Positions 32,242-41,994 of a stretch of DNA of 64,000 nt are shown in pieces. The stretch is from assembly GCA_963751435.1 (NCBI GenBank), contig CAVVUP010000029.1:133750-197749 (forward strand). The letters are read 5' to 3'. This stretch comes from an uncultured Verrucomicrobiae bacterium. GTDB taxonomy: Bacteria; Verrucomicrobiota; Verrucomicrobiia; Limisphaerales; DSYF01. The translations under genes and the position numbers were made by a program. Position 1 is the first letter of the stretch; every line of letters starts with the position of its first letter. The notes beneath the pieces are model-generated. The model saw only the letters and a list, made by a program, of their open reading frames with translations, did not search any database and was not told the origin of the DNA.

Positions 32242-33510
32242 CTAGCCGGGTCGAAACCTGGAACGCAGATCCTCCGGCAGCCACCACTTGATCAGCGGTG
32301 CTGTCATGGCTGTGGTGAGCAGGGCCATGATCACCAGCATGGTGAACAGCTCGCGGTTCAGCAGCTTGAGATCGAGCCCGACATTGATGGCGACCAGGGC
32401 CATCAGGGCGCGGGTATTCATCAGCGCCGCAATGCAACCGGCCTCGCGCGCGCCTTGACCGGTGAGCCGGGCGGCGACGAAGCACCCGCCCAGTTTGCCT
32501 GCCACCGCCACGAGGAGAACCACCCCGCAGCCGATCCAGGCCCAGCCACCGCGCAGTGTTCCGATCTCCGTGTTCAGGCCGGTGTTGGTGAAGAAGATCG
32601 GCACCAGGGCCACCAAGACGAAATCGGAGAACCGATTCCGCCAGGCCCGGACCAGGCTGACCTCGGCATGCAGGGCCACGCCCAAGAGAAACGCGCCAAA
32701 GATGCTGAACACGCCCAGCCGGTTGGTGACCAGACAGCAGCAGAACAACGCCACCAGCAAGAGCACCATGTAACCGGGGGACAGGACCGGCTCGGCCTGG
32801 CCCGCGGTGACCTTGCGCCAGCCCCGGCGCAGCCAGGGGCCAACGACCTTCTGCAGCGCCAGCACGAAGAGCAGCAGCCCGCCGATTTGCAGCAGCAATG
32901 CGGTGGTGTCGAACCCGGCCGTCACCACCGCGCTGGCCACCGCCAGCAGCACCCAACCCGTCACATCGTCCATGGCCGCGGCACTGATCGCCATCGCCGC
33001 CAAAGGTGTCCGCTCCAATCCCCACTCCAGCAGCATCCGCCCCATGATCGGCAAGGCCGAGATCGACAGCGCGATGCAAAAGAACAGGACGAATCCGAGC
33101 GAGGGCAGGTCCGGCGCGAACGTCCGGTGAAGCCACGGCCCGACCGCCAACCCGACGGCGAACGGAGCTGCAATGCCCAACACAGACACCGCCAGCACCG
33201 TGCGGGAACGGGTGCGGAGATGCCCGAAATCGAACTCCATCCCCACTTGGAACAGCAGGAAGATCAGACCGATCTTGCCCAGTAACTGAAGCGATTGCTG
33301 GGTCTCCGGCGGGAAGAGGACCGGCCAGTCCGACGGCCACACCAGCCCCAGCGCCGACGGCCCAAGCAGAACCCCAGCCAGAATCTCCCCCACGGCCCGC
33401 GGTTGATGCAGCCGCCGCGCCAGCCAGCCAAACGCCCATGCGGCCAGCACGATCACCATCCACTGAATCAGGACCTGCTTGACGTGGAACTCAATGACGG
33501 CGGGGTTCAT
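32242..33510 (-). CDS. Cation:proton antiporter (CPA2 / Kef-type Na+/H+ exchanger family)
   Basis: 422 aa, polytopic. Has GEILAGVLLGPS, GMEFD and repeated TM segments. Confidence 0.85.
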   Translation of the reverse strand: MNPAVIEFHVKQVLIQWMVIVLAAWAFGWLARRLHQPRAVGEILAGVLLGPSALGLVWPSDWPVLFPPETQQSLQLLGKIGLIFLLFQVGMEFDFGHLRTRSRTVLAVSVLGIAAPFAVGLAVGPWLHRTFAPDLPSLGFVLFFCIALSISALPIMGRMLLEWGLERTPLAAMAISAAAMDDVTGWVLLAVASAVVTAGFDTTALLLQIGGLLLFVLALQKVVGPWLRRGWRKVTAGQAEPVLSPGYMVLLLVALFCCCLVTNRLGVFSIFGAFLLGVALHAEVSLVRAWRNRFSDFVLVALVPIFFTNTGLNTEIGTLRGGWAWIGCGVVLLVAVAGKLGGCFVAARLTGQGAREAGCIAALMNTRALMALVAINVGLDLKLLNRELFTMLVIMALLTTAMTAPLIKWWLPEDLRSRFRPG

Positions 33511-33717
33511 GTCGGGTGTGTTCTCGCAGGGCGATGGATGGCCGGATCGCCGGGGCGGCGCAAGCGGATTCGTCGGCGGAGCGCGGACCGCTGAGTCCGC
33601 GCGTTGGGCAGGGAGGGATCATTCCGCCGAAGTCAGGATTTGCGGGTTCTCACGGACAGGGTTGTTCGCCCTCCTATCGGGCTGGACCACCGGTTTGCGG
33701 AATGCTCGCGTGGGCCT

Positions 33718-35595
33718 TCACACCTCGACCTGCATTCCCAGCTCCACCACGCGATTGGGCGGCAGTTGGAAGAAGGCGGCGGCCGATTGGGCGTTGCGCG
33801 CCATGGCGGCGAACAGCCCCCGGCGCCATCGCGCCAAGCCGGGCCCTTTCCGCGCCAAAACCGTTTCCCGGCTGAGGAAATAGGTGATGCGCTCGGGCTG
33901 CAGGTCCAGCCCGCGCTCCCGACACGCCTCGATCAACCGCGGTACATCCGGCTGTTCCATGAAACCGTAATGGCCCGTGACCCGGTGGATGTCGGCGCTC
34001 AACTCCTCCACCTGGAACCGTTCCGCTTCCGGCACGAACGGCCGGTCCCGCGTCAGGATGGTCAGAATCACGACACGCTCGTGCAACACCCGGTAATGCT
34101 TGAGGCTGTGCAACAAGGCAATGGGCGTGCCGGTTGGGTTGCCGGACAGGAACACCGCCGTCCCCGGAACCCGCGGCAGATCCCCACGGACCAATTCCTT
34201 TAGGAATAGATCAAAGGGCAGATAGCTGTCCGCCAGGAGTGCCCGCAGAGCCTGCCGTCCCCTCCACCAGGTTGTCATCAGGGCAAACACGCCGAACCCG
34301 ACGCACAGCGGGAACCAGCCGCCCTGCAAGAGCTTCAAGCCATTGGCGGTGGCGAAGGCCAGTTCCACCACCAGGAAACCCCCGCACACCACGCCCGCCC
34401 GCGCCGCACCCCAGTGCCAGACCCGCCGCGCCACCGCATAGAACAACAGGCTGGTGATCACCATCGTGAGAGAAACCGCGATTCCATACGCGCCGGCCAA
34501 TCCACTCGAGGACTGGAACCCCAGCACCAGCCCCATGCAGGCCAGCAGGAGGAACGCGTTCACCTGCGGCATGTAGATCTGTCCGCGCTCCGCGTGCGAG
34601 GTGTGTTCGATATGCATCCGCGGCAGGTATCCCATTTGGATCGCCTGCATGGTCAGCGAGTAGGCTCCCGAAATCATCGCCTGCGACGCGATCACAGCCG
34701 CCAGGGTCGAGAGCCCCACCAATGGCAGCACGGCCCACGGCGGTGCCAGCAGAAAGAAGGGATTCCGGGCCGCCTCGGGATTGGACAGCAACAGCGCGCC
34801 TTCCCCCAGATAATTCAGACCCAATCCGGGAAACACCAAGGCAAACCAGGCTTGCCGGATCGGGCGCGCCCCGAAATGCCCCATGTCCGCATACAGCGCC
34901 TCGGCCCCGGTCACGGACAGGAAGACGGCGCCCAAGACCACGAACGCAGCGGATCCGTGCTGGGCCAGGAAAAGCAGGGCATAATGTGGGCTCACGGCGG
35001 CAAGAATCTCCGGCGCCAGCAGGATGCCGCGCACGCCCAACACCGCCAGGGTTGCAAACCACACCAGCATCACCGGGCCAAAGATGCCCCCCACACGCCC
35101 CGTGCCGAACCGCTGAATACTGAACAACACCAGCAAGACCACAATGGCCAGCGGGACCACGTAGGGCTTGAACAGCGGAGTCGCCACTTCCAGCCCCTCC
35201 ATCGCCCCCAGCACGGTCAGCGCCGGGGTGAGCATGCTGTCCCCGTACAACAGCGCCGCTCCGAACAACCCCGCCACCACCAACGCCCGCACAACCCGAT
35301 CCGACGCGCCTTCCCTGCCTCGCATCCCAAGCGAAAGCAACGCCAGAATGCCGCCCTCCCCCTTGTTGTCCGCCCGCAGGATCAGCCCGAGATACTTCAG
35401 CGAGACAATCAACGTCAGCGACCAGAGGACCAGCGAGACAATCCCCAGCACGTTTTCCGGCGAAGCCGGAACCCCATGCCGGCCCGTGAAACACTCACGC
35501 AGGGCGTAGAGCGGACTGGTGCCGATGTCACCATAGACCACCCCCAGCGCCCCCACCGCCAGGGCCAGCTTGTACCGACTGTCCGATGTGTTCAT
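33718..35595 (-). CDS. kup: KUP/HAK-family potassium transporter
   Basis: Starts at the ATG at 35595 (MNTSDSRYKLALAVGALGVVYGDIGTSPLYAL). The 30 extra codons in the track ORF are a read-through of the tRNA gene. Confidence 0.92.
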   Translation of the reverse strand: MNTSDSRYKLALAVGALGVVYGDIGTSPLYALRECFTGRHGVPASPENVLGIVSLVLWSLTLIVSLKYLGLILRADNKGEGGILALLSLGMRGREGASDRVVRALVVAGLFGAALLYGDSMLTPALTVLGAMEGLEVATPLFKPYVVPLAIVVLLVLFSIQRFGTGRVGGIFGPVMLVWFATLAVLGVRGILLAPEILAAVSPHYALLFLAQHGSAAFVVLGAVFLSVTGAEALYADMGHFGARPIRQAWFALVFPGLGLNYLGEGALLLSNPEAARNPFFLLAPPWAVLPLVGLSTLAAVIASQAMISGAYSLTMQAIQMGYLPRMHIEHTSHAERGQIYMPQVNAFLLLACMGLVLGFQSSSGLAGAYGIAVSLTMVITSLLFYAVARRVWHWGAARAGVVCGGFLVVELAFATANGLKLLQGGWFPLCVGFGVFALMTTWWRGRQALRALLADSYLPFDLFLKELVRGDLPRVPGTAVFLSGNPTGTPIALLHSLKHYRVLHERVVILTILTRDRPFVPEAERFQVEELSADIHRVTGHYGFMEQPDVPRLIEACRERGLDLQPERITYFLSRETVLARKGPGLARWRRGLFAAMARNAQSAAAFFQLPPNRVVELGMQVEV

Positions 35596-35606
35596 CAGCA
35601 GGGAAA

Positions 35607-35681
35607 TGGTGCGCGATAGAGGGTTCGAACCTCTGACCCCTTCCGTGTCAAGGAAGTGCTCTACCACTGAGCTAACCGCGC
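35607..35681 (-). tRNA. tRNA-Val (anticodon GAC)
   Basis: The minus strand reads GCGCGGT-TA-GCTC-AGTGGTA-GAGC-A-CTTCC-TTGACAC-GGAAG-GGGTC-AGAGG-TTCGAAC-CCTCT-ATCGCGC-A-CCA. The cloverleaf was folded by eye and the CCA is encoded. Confidence 0.9.
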
Positions 35682-35811
35682 ACAACGGGGAGCGTTATGC
35701 TGCCCAACGGGCCGGCCCGCTGGCAAGGCCGAATTCCGGCCCCTTTCCAGTCCGCCTCCCGCGCGCTTTTCCGAGGTTTTCAGCTTCGGGGCGATCGGCT
35801 ACCGTGTGCCC

Positions 35812-36342
35812 ATGAAAATCGAGTCCCTCCATCTCGGCATGCAGGTGCGCCATCCTCAATACGGCCTCGGCACCGTCAAATCCATCAACCCCACCGCCGC
35901 GGAGATCGAGTTCACGGACGGCACGCGCTTGCTGGCTCCCGAACCGGCCGGCCTGGAACCGGCGGAGGCCCGGGCGCATCTCTCGGGTCTGTCGCTGCCT
36001 CTCAAGGATCTCATCGCTGAGACCTCGACGGCCACCGTCCGGGCGCTGGGCTTGGAGCGTCCTGAATCCGTGGACGCCCAACTGGGCGCCCGATGGCATC
36101 GGGGCAAGCTCGTGATGCACCCGTCCGACCCGACCCTGCAAGCCAAGGAGGTCCCCCTCGAAACCTTCTTCCACAAGGTCGTCATGGTCCGGAACAACCT
36201 CCGTGTGCTCGAACAGAAAATCAACGCCCACGAACAACTTTCCGATGCCGACAAGGTGGAGATGCAGCAATACATCACCCGCAGCTACGGTTCCCTGACC
36301 ACCTTCAACGTGCTGTTCCGGGAAAAGGAAGACCAGTTCTGA
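35812..36342 (+). CDS. Hypothetical protein between the two tRNA-Val genes
   Basis: 176 aa from the ATG at 35812. The N-terminus LHLGMQVRHPQYGLGTVKSINPTAAEIEFTDG resembles the small G..V.H..(F/Y)G.G.V beta-barrel seen at helicase C-termini and in DUF3553. The C-terminal half looks helical. Confidence 0.55.
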   Translation: MKIESLHLGMQVRHPQYGLGTVKSINPTAAEIEFTDGTRLLAPEPAGLEPAEARAHLSGLSLPLKDLIAETSTATVRALGLERPESVDAQLGARWHRGKLVMHPSDPTLQAKEVPLETFFHKVVMVRNNLRVLEQKINAHEQLSDADKVEMQQYITRSYGSLTTFNVLFREKEDQF

Positions 36343-36351
36343 GGCCACAAA

Positions 36352-36426
36352 TGGTGCACGCTGCAGGGTTCGAACCTGCGACCCCTTCCGTGTGAAGGAA
36401 GTGCTCTACCGCTGAGCTAAGCGTGC
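36352..36426 (-). tRNA. tRNA-Val (anticodon CAC)
   Basis: The minus strand reads GCACGCT-TA-GCTC-AGCGGTA-GAGC-A-CTTCC-TTCACAC-GGAAG-GGGTC-GCAGG-TTCGAAC-CCTGC-AGCGTGC-A-CCA. Confidence 0.9.
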
Positions 36427-36486
36427 AGCCGGAGCCTAGGTTAGCGTTCGCCAGCCCGCTGGCAAGCTCCGGTTGACCCTCTGTGC

Positions 36487-37971
36487 TCACACCTTCAGCT
36501 TCTGCTGGAGAATCTCCCCCACCAACGCCGGGTTGGCCTTGCCCTGGCTGAGCTTCATGACCTGCCCCTTGATGCGGTTGAGCGCAGCCACCTTGCCCGC
36601 CCGGTAATCCGCCGCCGGCCCCGGGTTGGCGGCGATGGCCTTGTCGCACAGGGCCTCGAGGGTGCCGACATCGCTGACTTGGGCCAAGCCCCGCGCCTCG
36701 ACGATGGCAGCGGGGGCCTGGCCGGTGTCGAACATCTCGGCGAACACCTGCTGCGCGGACGAACTGCTGATGGCCTTGTTCTCCACCAAGCCGATGAGTT
36801 CGAGCAGTTGGGCGGGGGTGAACTTCAGGCTTGCCAGCCTGGAACGTAGCGCAGGCCTCCCGCCTGCATCTTCGTCAACGGCCTCAGCAGGCGAGACGCC
36901 TGCGCTACTCTCAGCCAGCTTGGCCTGGAGATTGTTGATGACCCAGTTGGCCACCGCCTTGGGATTCTTCGCCTGCTTCGCCAGGGTTTCAAAATATTCG
37001 CCCAACCCCACGTCGTTCTTGAACACCTCGGCATCGCCAGCCGGCAGCTCGTACGCCCGCATGAACCGCTGCTTGCGGGCCAGGGGCAACTCGACCATGC
37101 GTGACCGCACCTCCGCCAGCCATTCCGGGCTGGGTTCGAAGGGCATGAGATCGGGTTCGGGGAAATAGCGGTAATCGTGCGCATGCTCCTTGGTGCGCAT
37201 CTCCTCGGTGATCCCCCCCGCATCATCCCAGCGCCGCGTGGATTGAATCAGGGTTCCACCGCTCTGGAGCACCTTGATCTGGCGCGGGATCTCGTAACCC
37301 AGCGCCCGGCGAACCCCCGAGAAACTGTTCATGTTCTTGATCTCGATCTTGGCCCCGAGTTCGGTCGCACCCTTGGGCCGCACACTGACATTCACGTCGC
37401 ACCGCACCATGCCCTTCTCCATGTCGCAATCGCTGATGCCGCCGTAAACGAGGAGATCCTTGAGCGCGTTCAAGTATTCGTAGGCCATGTCCGCGCTGGT
37501 CAGGTCCGGTTCGGACACGATTTCCAACAGCGGCACGCCGGCGCGGTTGAAGTCGACGCCGCTCTGACGCTCGAAATGGCTGTTCTTGCCGACATCCTCT
37601 TCGAGGTGGGCGCGGGTGATCCGGACGCGCGCAATCCCGCCCTGGAACTCGAAGTCCAGATGGCCGTTGCGCGTGCTGGGCTGGTCGTATTGGGTGATCT
37701 GGTAATTCTTGGCGACGTCGGGATAGAAGTAGTTCTTGCGGTCGAACTTGGCGCGGGCGGGGATCTCGCAGTTCAGAAGCAGTCCGGTGAGCACCGTCAG
37801 CCTGAGTGCCTCCTCGTTGGCCACCGGCAACACGCCCGGCATGCCCAGACAGACCGGGCAGACGTGGGTGTTGGGTGGCGACCCGAAGGCGTTGGCGCAG
37901 CCGCACCACATCTTCGACTGGGTCTTAAGCTGGACGTGTGTTTCCAGGCCAATGACGGCTTCGTATTCCAT
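36487..37971 (-). CDS. gatB: Asp-tRNA(Asn)/Glu-tRNA(Gln) amidotransferase subunit B
   Basis: 494 aa. Starts MEYEAVIGLETHVQLKTQSKMWCGC...PVCLGMPGVLP. Confidence 0.95.
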   Translation of the reverse strand: MEYEAVIGLETHVQLKTQSKMWCGCANAFGSPPNTHVCPVCLGMPGVLPVANEEALRLTVLTGLLLNCEIPARAKFDRKNYFYPDVAKNYQITQYDQPSTRNGHLDFEFQGGIARVRITRAHLEEDVGKNSHFERQSGVDFNRAGVPLLEIVSEPDLTSADMAYEYLNALKDLLVYGGISDCDMEKGMVRCDVNVSVRPKGATELGAKIEIKNMNSFSGVRRALGYEIPRQIKVLQSGGTLIQSTRRWDDAGGITEEMRTKEHAHDYRYFPEPDLMPFEPSPEWLAEVRSRMVELPLARKQRFMRAYELPAGDAEVFKNDVGLGEYFETLAKQAKNPKAVANWVINNLQAKLAESSAGVSPAEAVDEDAGGRPALRSRLASLKFTPAQLLELIGLVENKAISSSSAQQVFAEMFDTGQAPAAIVEARGLAQVSDVGTLEALCDKAIAANPGPAADYRAGKVAALNRIKGQVMKLSQGKANPALVGEILQQKLKV

Positions 37972-37986
37972 AACGGCGGGGGAAGT

Positions 37987-38112
37987 TTAATCACGGATGA
38001 ACAGGTCCCAGTCCATCGAGTAGCGCGGCATGCCCAGCAGGCGCATGGCTTGTCCGCCGATGAGCAGATAACGAACGTGTGCCGCGTTCAGTCGTTGGAG
38101 CAATTCGGTCAT
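37987..38112 (-). CDS. 41-aa ORF resembling the N-terminal beginning of a nucleotidyltransferase-fold protein (truncated)
   Basis: Reads MTELLQRLNAAHVRYLLIGGQAMRLLGMPRYSMDWDLFIRD*. The GG.A....G..R...D.D pattern matches the minimal NTase active-site start, and it stops right after the D.D. Its ATG overlaps the upstream ORF's stop (ATGA). Confidence 0.35.
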   Translation of the reverse strand: MTELLQRLNAAHVRYLLIGGQAMRLLGMPRYSMDWDLFIRD

Positions 38113-38294
38113 TTCCGGGTGGCCTGTTCCGCCCACTGTCGGAGCAACGACCGCTTCCAGTCGTTCATCGCAACATGTGGAGAGAACCGCTGGCTCTTGA
38201 ATTCGGACAGCCTCACGGGCTCCGGGGCGGGCATGATGCTCGGATTGCCGGCCCACAGGCGATACTTGGCCCTGTAGTCGTCGGTGATCTTCAT
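38109..38294 (-). CDS. 61-aa hypothetical ORF, apparently translationally coupled to the NTase-like fragment
   Basis: Reads MKITDDYRAKYRLWAGNPSIMPAPEPVRLSEFKSQRFSPHVAMNDWKRSLLRQWAEQATRK*. It lies in the 386-bp gap between gatA and gatB. Confidence 0.35.
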   Translation of the reverse strand: MKITDDYRAKYRLWAGNPSIMPAPEPVRLSEFKSQRFSPHVAMNDWKRSLLRQWAEQATRK

Positions 38295-38357
38295 GACGTG
38301 GTTCAAATCCGCCGAAAGAATACCGGTTTGGCCTGCCGTCGGCAACCCGACCGATTC

Positions 38358-39818
38358 TCAAGCCAATGAGGGCTTCTCGGCGTGCCAGGGCGTTGATTGC
38401 TCGTAAGCATGGGCCACCCGGAGAATGCTTTCCTCGCCGAACGGTTTGCCAAGCAACTGCAACCCGATCGGCAGCCTCGGCGATTCAGCGAATCCGCAGG
38501 GCAGACTCAAGCCGCAGATGCCGGCCAGGTTGCAGGACAGGGTGAAAATATCCGAGAGATACATCTGGAGCGGGTCCTGGGACTTCTCGCCGATTCGAAA
38601 CGCGGCGGTGGGGGTTACGGGCGTGACGATGGCATCCACGGTTTCAAACGCCCTCAGGAAATCCCGCCGGATGAGGGTGCGAACCTTCTGCGCCCGCAGA
38701 TAGTAGGCATCGTAGTAGCCGCTGCTCAGCACATAGGTCCCCAGGATGATGCGGCGCTTGACCTCGTCGCCGAACCCCTGTCCGCGCGTGTTGGCGTAGA
38801 GTTCAATGGGATCCCTTCCATCCACGCGCCGGCCGTATCGGACCCCGTCGAATCGGGCCAGGTTGGCGGACGCCTCGGCGGTGGCGATGATGTAATAGGT
38901 GGCCACCGCGTAATCGGTGTGCGGGAGCGAAATCTCGACCGGTTCAGCCCCCAAGTCCTGCAATTGCTTCACTGCCGCATCCACCGCCGCCTTGACCTGG
39001 GGATCCAGCCCGCCGGCGTCAAAGTATTCCTTGGGCAGCCCGAGCTTCAGTCCACGCAGCTCACCCGAGAGGGCTGCGGTGTAGTCCGGCACCGGTTGGG
39101 AAACGCTCGTGGAGTCGCGCGGATCCTGACCGCTGATCGCGCCCAGCAGTGTGGCGGCATCGCGCACCTGCTTGGTAAAGGGACCGATCTGGTCCAGGGA
39201 GGAAGCATAGGCCACCAAGCCATAGCGGGACACCCGCCCGTAGGTCGGCTTGAGCCCCACACACCCACACAAGGCCGCCGGCTGCCGGATCGATCCGCCG
39301 GTGTCCGAGCCGAGAGAGGCAATACATTCGTCCGCCACCACCGCCACCGCGGAGCCCCCCGAAGAACCGCCCGGGATACGGTCCAGATCCCATGGATTCC
39401 GCGAAGGACTGAAGGCGGAATTCTCGGTCGAACTGCCCATGGCAAACTCATCCATGTTCAGACGCCCAAAGACGACCGCCCCGGTCGCCCGGAGCCTTTC
39501 GGTGACGGTGGCGTCGTAGGGGGAAACGAAATTCTCCAGGATCCGCGAGCCGCAGGACAGGCGCTGGTGTCGCACGGCGATGACATCCTTGAACGCGATC
39601 GGCACACCCAGCAGGGGACTCCGGTCCCCGTTCGCGATGCGTTTGTCGGCCGCATCGGCCTGTGCCAGGGCATCCTGTTCGTCCAAAGCCAGGAACGCGC
39701 GGAGGCGTCCGTCCACGCGTTGGATCTGATCCAGGCAGGCCGTCAGCACTTCCCGGGCGCTCACCTCCCCGCGCTGGAGGCGGGCGGTTGTTTCAGCGAT
39801 GGTCAGGGTGTTCAACAT
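38358..39818 (-). CDS. gatA: Asp-tRNA(Asn)/Glu-tRNA(Gln) amidotransferase subunit A
   Basis: 486 aa. Amidase signature [12 protein letters not shown] and [10 protein letters not shown]. Confidence 0.95.
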   Translation of the reverse strand: MLNTLTIAETTARLQRGEVSAREVLTACLDQIQRVDGRLRAFLALDEQDALAQADAADKRIANGDRSPLLGVPIAFKDVIAVRHQRLSCGSRILENFVSPYDATVTERLRATGAVVFGRLNMDEFAMGSSTENSAFSPSRNPWDLDRIPGGSSGGSAVAVVADECIASLGSDTGGSIRQPAALCGCVGLKPTYGRVSRYGLVAYASSLDQIGPFTKQVRDAATLLGAISGQDPRDSTSVSQPVPDYTAALSGELRGLKLGLPKEYFDAGGLDPQVKAAVDAAVKQLQDLGAEPVEISLPHTDYAVATYYIIATAEASANLARFDGVRYGRRVDGRDPIELYANTRGQGFGDEVKRRIILGTYVLSSGYYDAYYLRAQKVRTLIRRDFLRAFETVDAIVTPVTPTAAFRIGEKSQDPLQMYLSDIFTLSCNLAGICGLSLPCGFAESPRLPIGLQLLGKPFGEESILRVAHAYEQSTPWHAEKPSLA

Positions 39819-39844
39819 CAGAAAGTCGTCTGATCCATGGATCG

Positions 39845-40132
39845 CTACTCCACAATCTTCGGCACCATGAACAGACCGTTTGCCTGGGACGGCGCGTTCT
39901 TCAGGGCTTCCTCTTGGGGCAGGGAGGGACGCGTCCTGTCAGCACGCATCACATTGACCAGCGGGAAGGGGTGGGCAGTGGGTTCGACACCCGATACATC
40001 CACCTTCGCCAGTTGCTCGATGTAATCCAGAATCTGGTCCAACTGCCGGCCCAGCTTCTGTTCCTCCTCCGGGGTGAGGCGGATCCGAGCCAGGTGAGCC
40101 ACGTAGGTCACGTCCATGTGGGCGTCTGCCAT
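39845..40132 (-). CDS. gatC: Asp-tRNA(Asn)/Glu-tRNA(Gln) amidotransferase subunit C
   Basis: 95 aa. Reads [31 protein letters not shown]. Confidence 0.9.
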   Translation of the reverse strand: MADAHMDVTYVAHLARIRLTPEEEQKLGRQLDQILDYIEQLAKVDVSGVEPTAHPFPLVNVMRADRTRPSLPQEEALKNAPSQANGLFMVPKIVE

Positions 40133-40234
40133 GGCGACAGACTGCGGAGGAAGGCTTGGAAAGGCAACGCCGGAGGTGGTCAGGCCCAGGGCAAACGGCT
40201 CAAACCACTTGCAAGCCGGTTCTCGAACAGGGTG

Positions 40235-41188
40235 CTAGTTCTCGCCCCGGTTCATGTGCCGAAGCAGGCGTTCGTTCAGATCGCGGGCGGCGTTGTAGCC
40301 GGAGCTTTTCAGTTTGATGTGGAGGGCCGCCACCTCGATCAGGCGGGCCAGGTCGCGCCCCGGTCGCACCGGGATGGTCATGTGGGGGATGTCCTGACCG
40401 AGAATCTGCGTGAATTGCTGATCCATGCCCACCCGGTCGATGTCATCGACCTGATCCCAAGCCGTGAGGGTGACCACCAGATCCACCCGTTTCTGTCGGC
40501 GGATGCTGCGGACGCCAAACATGGAGGCGACATTGATGATGCCGATGCCCCGCACCTCCATGTGATCCCGGGTGATTTCCGAACTGGTCCCCATCACATC
40601 CTTGCCGTCTATCAGGCTGACCTTGGTGACATCGTCGGCCACCAGGCTGTAGCCTCGCTCGATCAGCGCCAGGACGCTTTCACTCTTTCCGATGCCACTC
40701 TCCCCTTTGATGACCACGCCCACGCCCAGGATGTCCACCATGCTGCCCATCTCGGTGGCGCGGGGTGCGAACATGGACTCCAGGGCCAGCGTGGCCTGGT
40801 TGATAAACTTCATCGTGATCAAGGGGCATTGGAATACCGGCACCTGAGCCCGCTGGGCCGCTTCCAGGAACTCCGGGGACGGATACAGCCCGCGGCTGAA
40901 CACGACACAGGGGATTCGAAAGGAAAAGAAGGACTCCAGATGGCGGGGCAACTCCTCGGAAGGCAACGACTTGAGATAAAACGCCTCCGCGTTGCCGATG
41001 ACCTGAATGCGCTTGTAAGCGAAATACTTGGTGAAACCCGTCAGCCCAAGACCAGGCCGGTTGACGGTGGGCTCACGAATGATGCGGTCCATCCCGCCGG
41101 AGTCCTTCAACAATTTGAGTTGCAATTCCTCTCCATGGAGGGTGTGGAACGATTCCACCGTGACCCGATCGTGTTTAAAGTGTGGCAT
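40235..41188 (-). CDS. hprK: HPr kinase/phosphorylase
   Basis: 317 aa. Has GVGVVIKGESGIGKSESVLALIERGYSLVADD and EVRGIGIINV. Confidence 0.93.
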   Translation of the reverse strand: MPHFKHDRVTVESFHTLHGEELQLKLLKDSGGMDRIIREPTVNRPGLGLTGFTKYFAYKRIQVIGNAEAFYLKSLPSEELPRHLESFFSFRIPCVVFSRGLYPSPEFLEAAQRAQVPVFQCPLITMKFINQATLALESMFAPRATEMGSMVDILGVGVVIKGESGIGKSESVLALIERGYSLVADDVTKVSLIDGKDVMGTSSEITRDHMEVRGIGIINVASMFGVRSIRRQKRVDLVVTLTAWDQVDDIDRVGMDQQFTQILGQDIPHMTIPVRPGRDLARLIEVAALHIKLKSSGYNAARDLNERLLRHMNRGEN

Positions 41189-41226
41189 GTTGAGGCTCTT
41201 TCATCGTCGCGCGCAGTGGCTGCCGC

Positions 41227-41994
41227 TCACATGTTGAAGTCCGGGCCCAGATAGATTTCGCGCGCCTTCGGATCATTGGCCAGGAACTCTGCCGTGCCCT
41301 CGCAAAGCACCTCGCCCTTGTGGATGATGTAGCCGCGATCGATCAGCTTGAGCATTTCCCGCACGTTGTGATCCGTGATCAGAATTCCCAACCCGCGCTC
41401 GCGCAACCGGCGGACAATTTTTTGCACCTCATAGACGGCGATCGGATCAATCCCGGCGAAGGGTTCATCCAGGAGCAACAGGCGTGGGCTGGTCACGAGC
41501 GCGCGCGTGATCTCGAGCCGACGCTTCTCGCCGCCGCTGAGCGTGTAGGCCATACTGCCGGCCAGTCCGCCCAATTCCAGTTCGTCCAACAAGCTCCTCA
41601 GCCGGATGCCCTGTTCCAACCGCCCCACCTTGCACGTTTCGAGGATGGCCAGGATGTTCTGCTCGACTGTGAGCTTGCGAAAGACCGACGGTTCCTGGGT
41701 CAGGTAGCCCATGCCCCGGCGGGCACGCAGGTGCATCGGGAGTCGCGTGATCTCCTGTCCGTCAAAGAGCACCCCCCCCTCATCCGGTCGCACCACACCG
41801 ACCACCATGTTGAAGGTCGTCGTCTTGCCCGCCCCGTTCGGCCCCATCAGACCGACAATCTCACCCGGGGCCACCCGGATGGACACACCGTTGACAACCC
41901 GCCGGCTGCGGTATTCCTTCACCAACCCTTCCGTCGCCAACAGACTGCCGTTTTGTTCGGTCGCTGAGTCCCCGATTGGTTGAGTCTCATTCAT
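41227..41994 (-). CDS. lptB: LPS export ABC transporter ATP-binding protein
   Basis: Starts at the ATG at 41994 (MNETQPIG...). Walker A GPNGAGKTT, signature LSGGEKRRLEI, and LLLDEPFAGIDP. Confidence 0.9.
   Translation of the reverse strand: MNETQPIGDSATEQNGSLLATEGLVKEYRSRRVVNGVSIRVAPGEIVGLMGPNGAGKTTTFNMVVGVVRPDEGGVLFDGQEITRLPMHLRARRGMGYLTQEPSVFRKLTVEQNILAILETCKVGRLEQGIRLRSLLDELELGGLAGSMAYTLSGGEKRRLEITRALVTSPRLLLLDEPFAGIDPIAVYEVQKIVRRLRERGLGILITDHNVREMLKLIDRGYIIHKGEVLCEGTAEFLANDPKAREIYLGPDFNM

Noticed and set aside
35596-35685. An N-terminal extension of the kup ORF (MCAVSSVVEHFLDTEGVRGSNPLSRTISLL).
   Set aside because: This peptide is simply the translation of the tRNA-Val(GAC) gene on the same strand. 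The real kup start is the ATG at 35595.
39662-41254. A 530-aa plus-strand ORF opposite gatC and hprK. Similar long antisense ORFs occur at 32218-33285, 34414-35619, 61146-62879 and 44736-45974.
   Set aside because: All of them overlap strongly supported genes on the other strand, cross gene boundaries, and have Arg/Pro/Gly/His-rich, motif-free translations.
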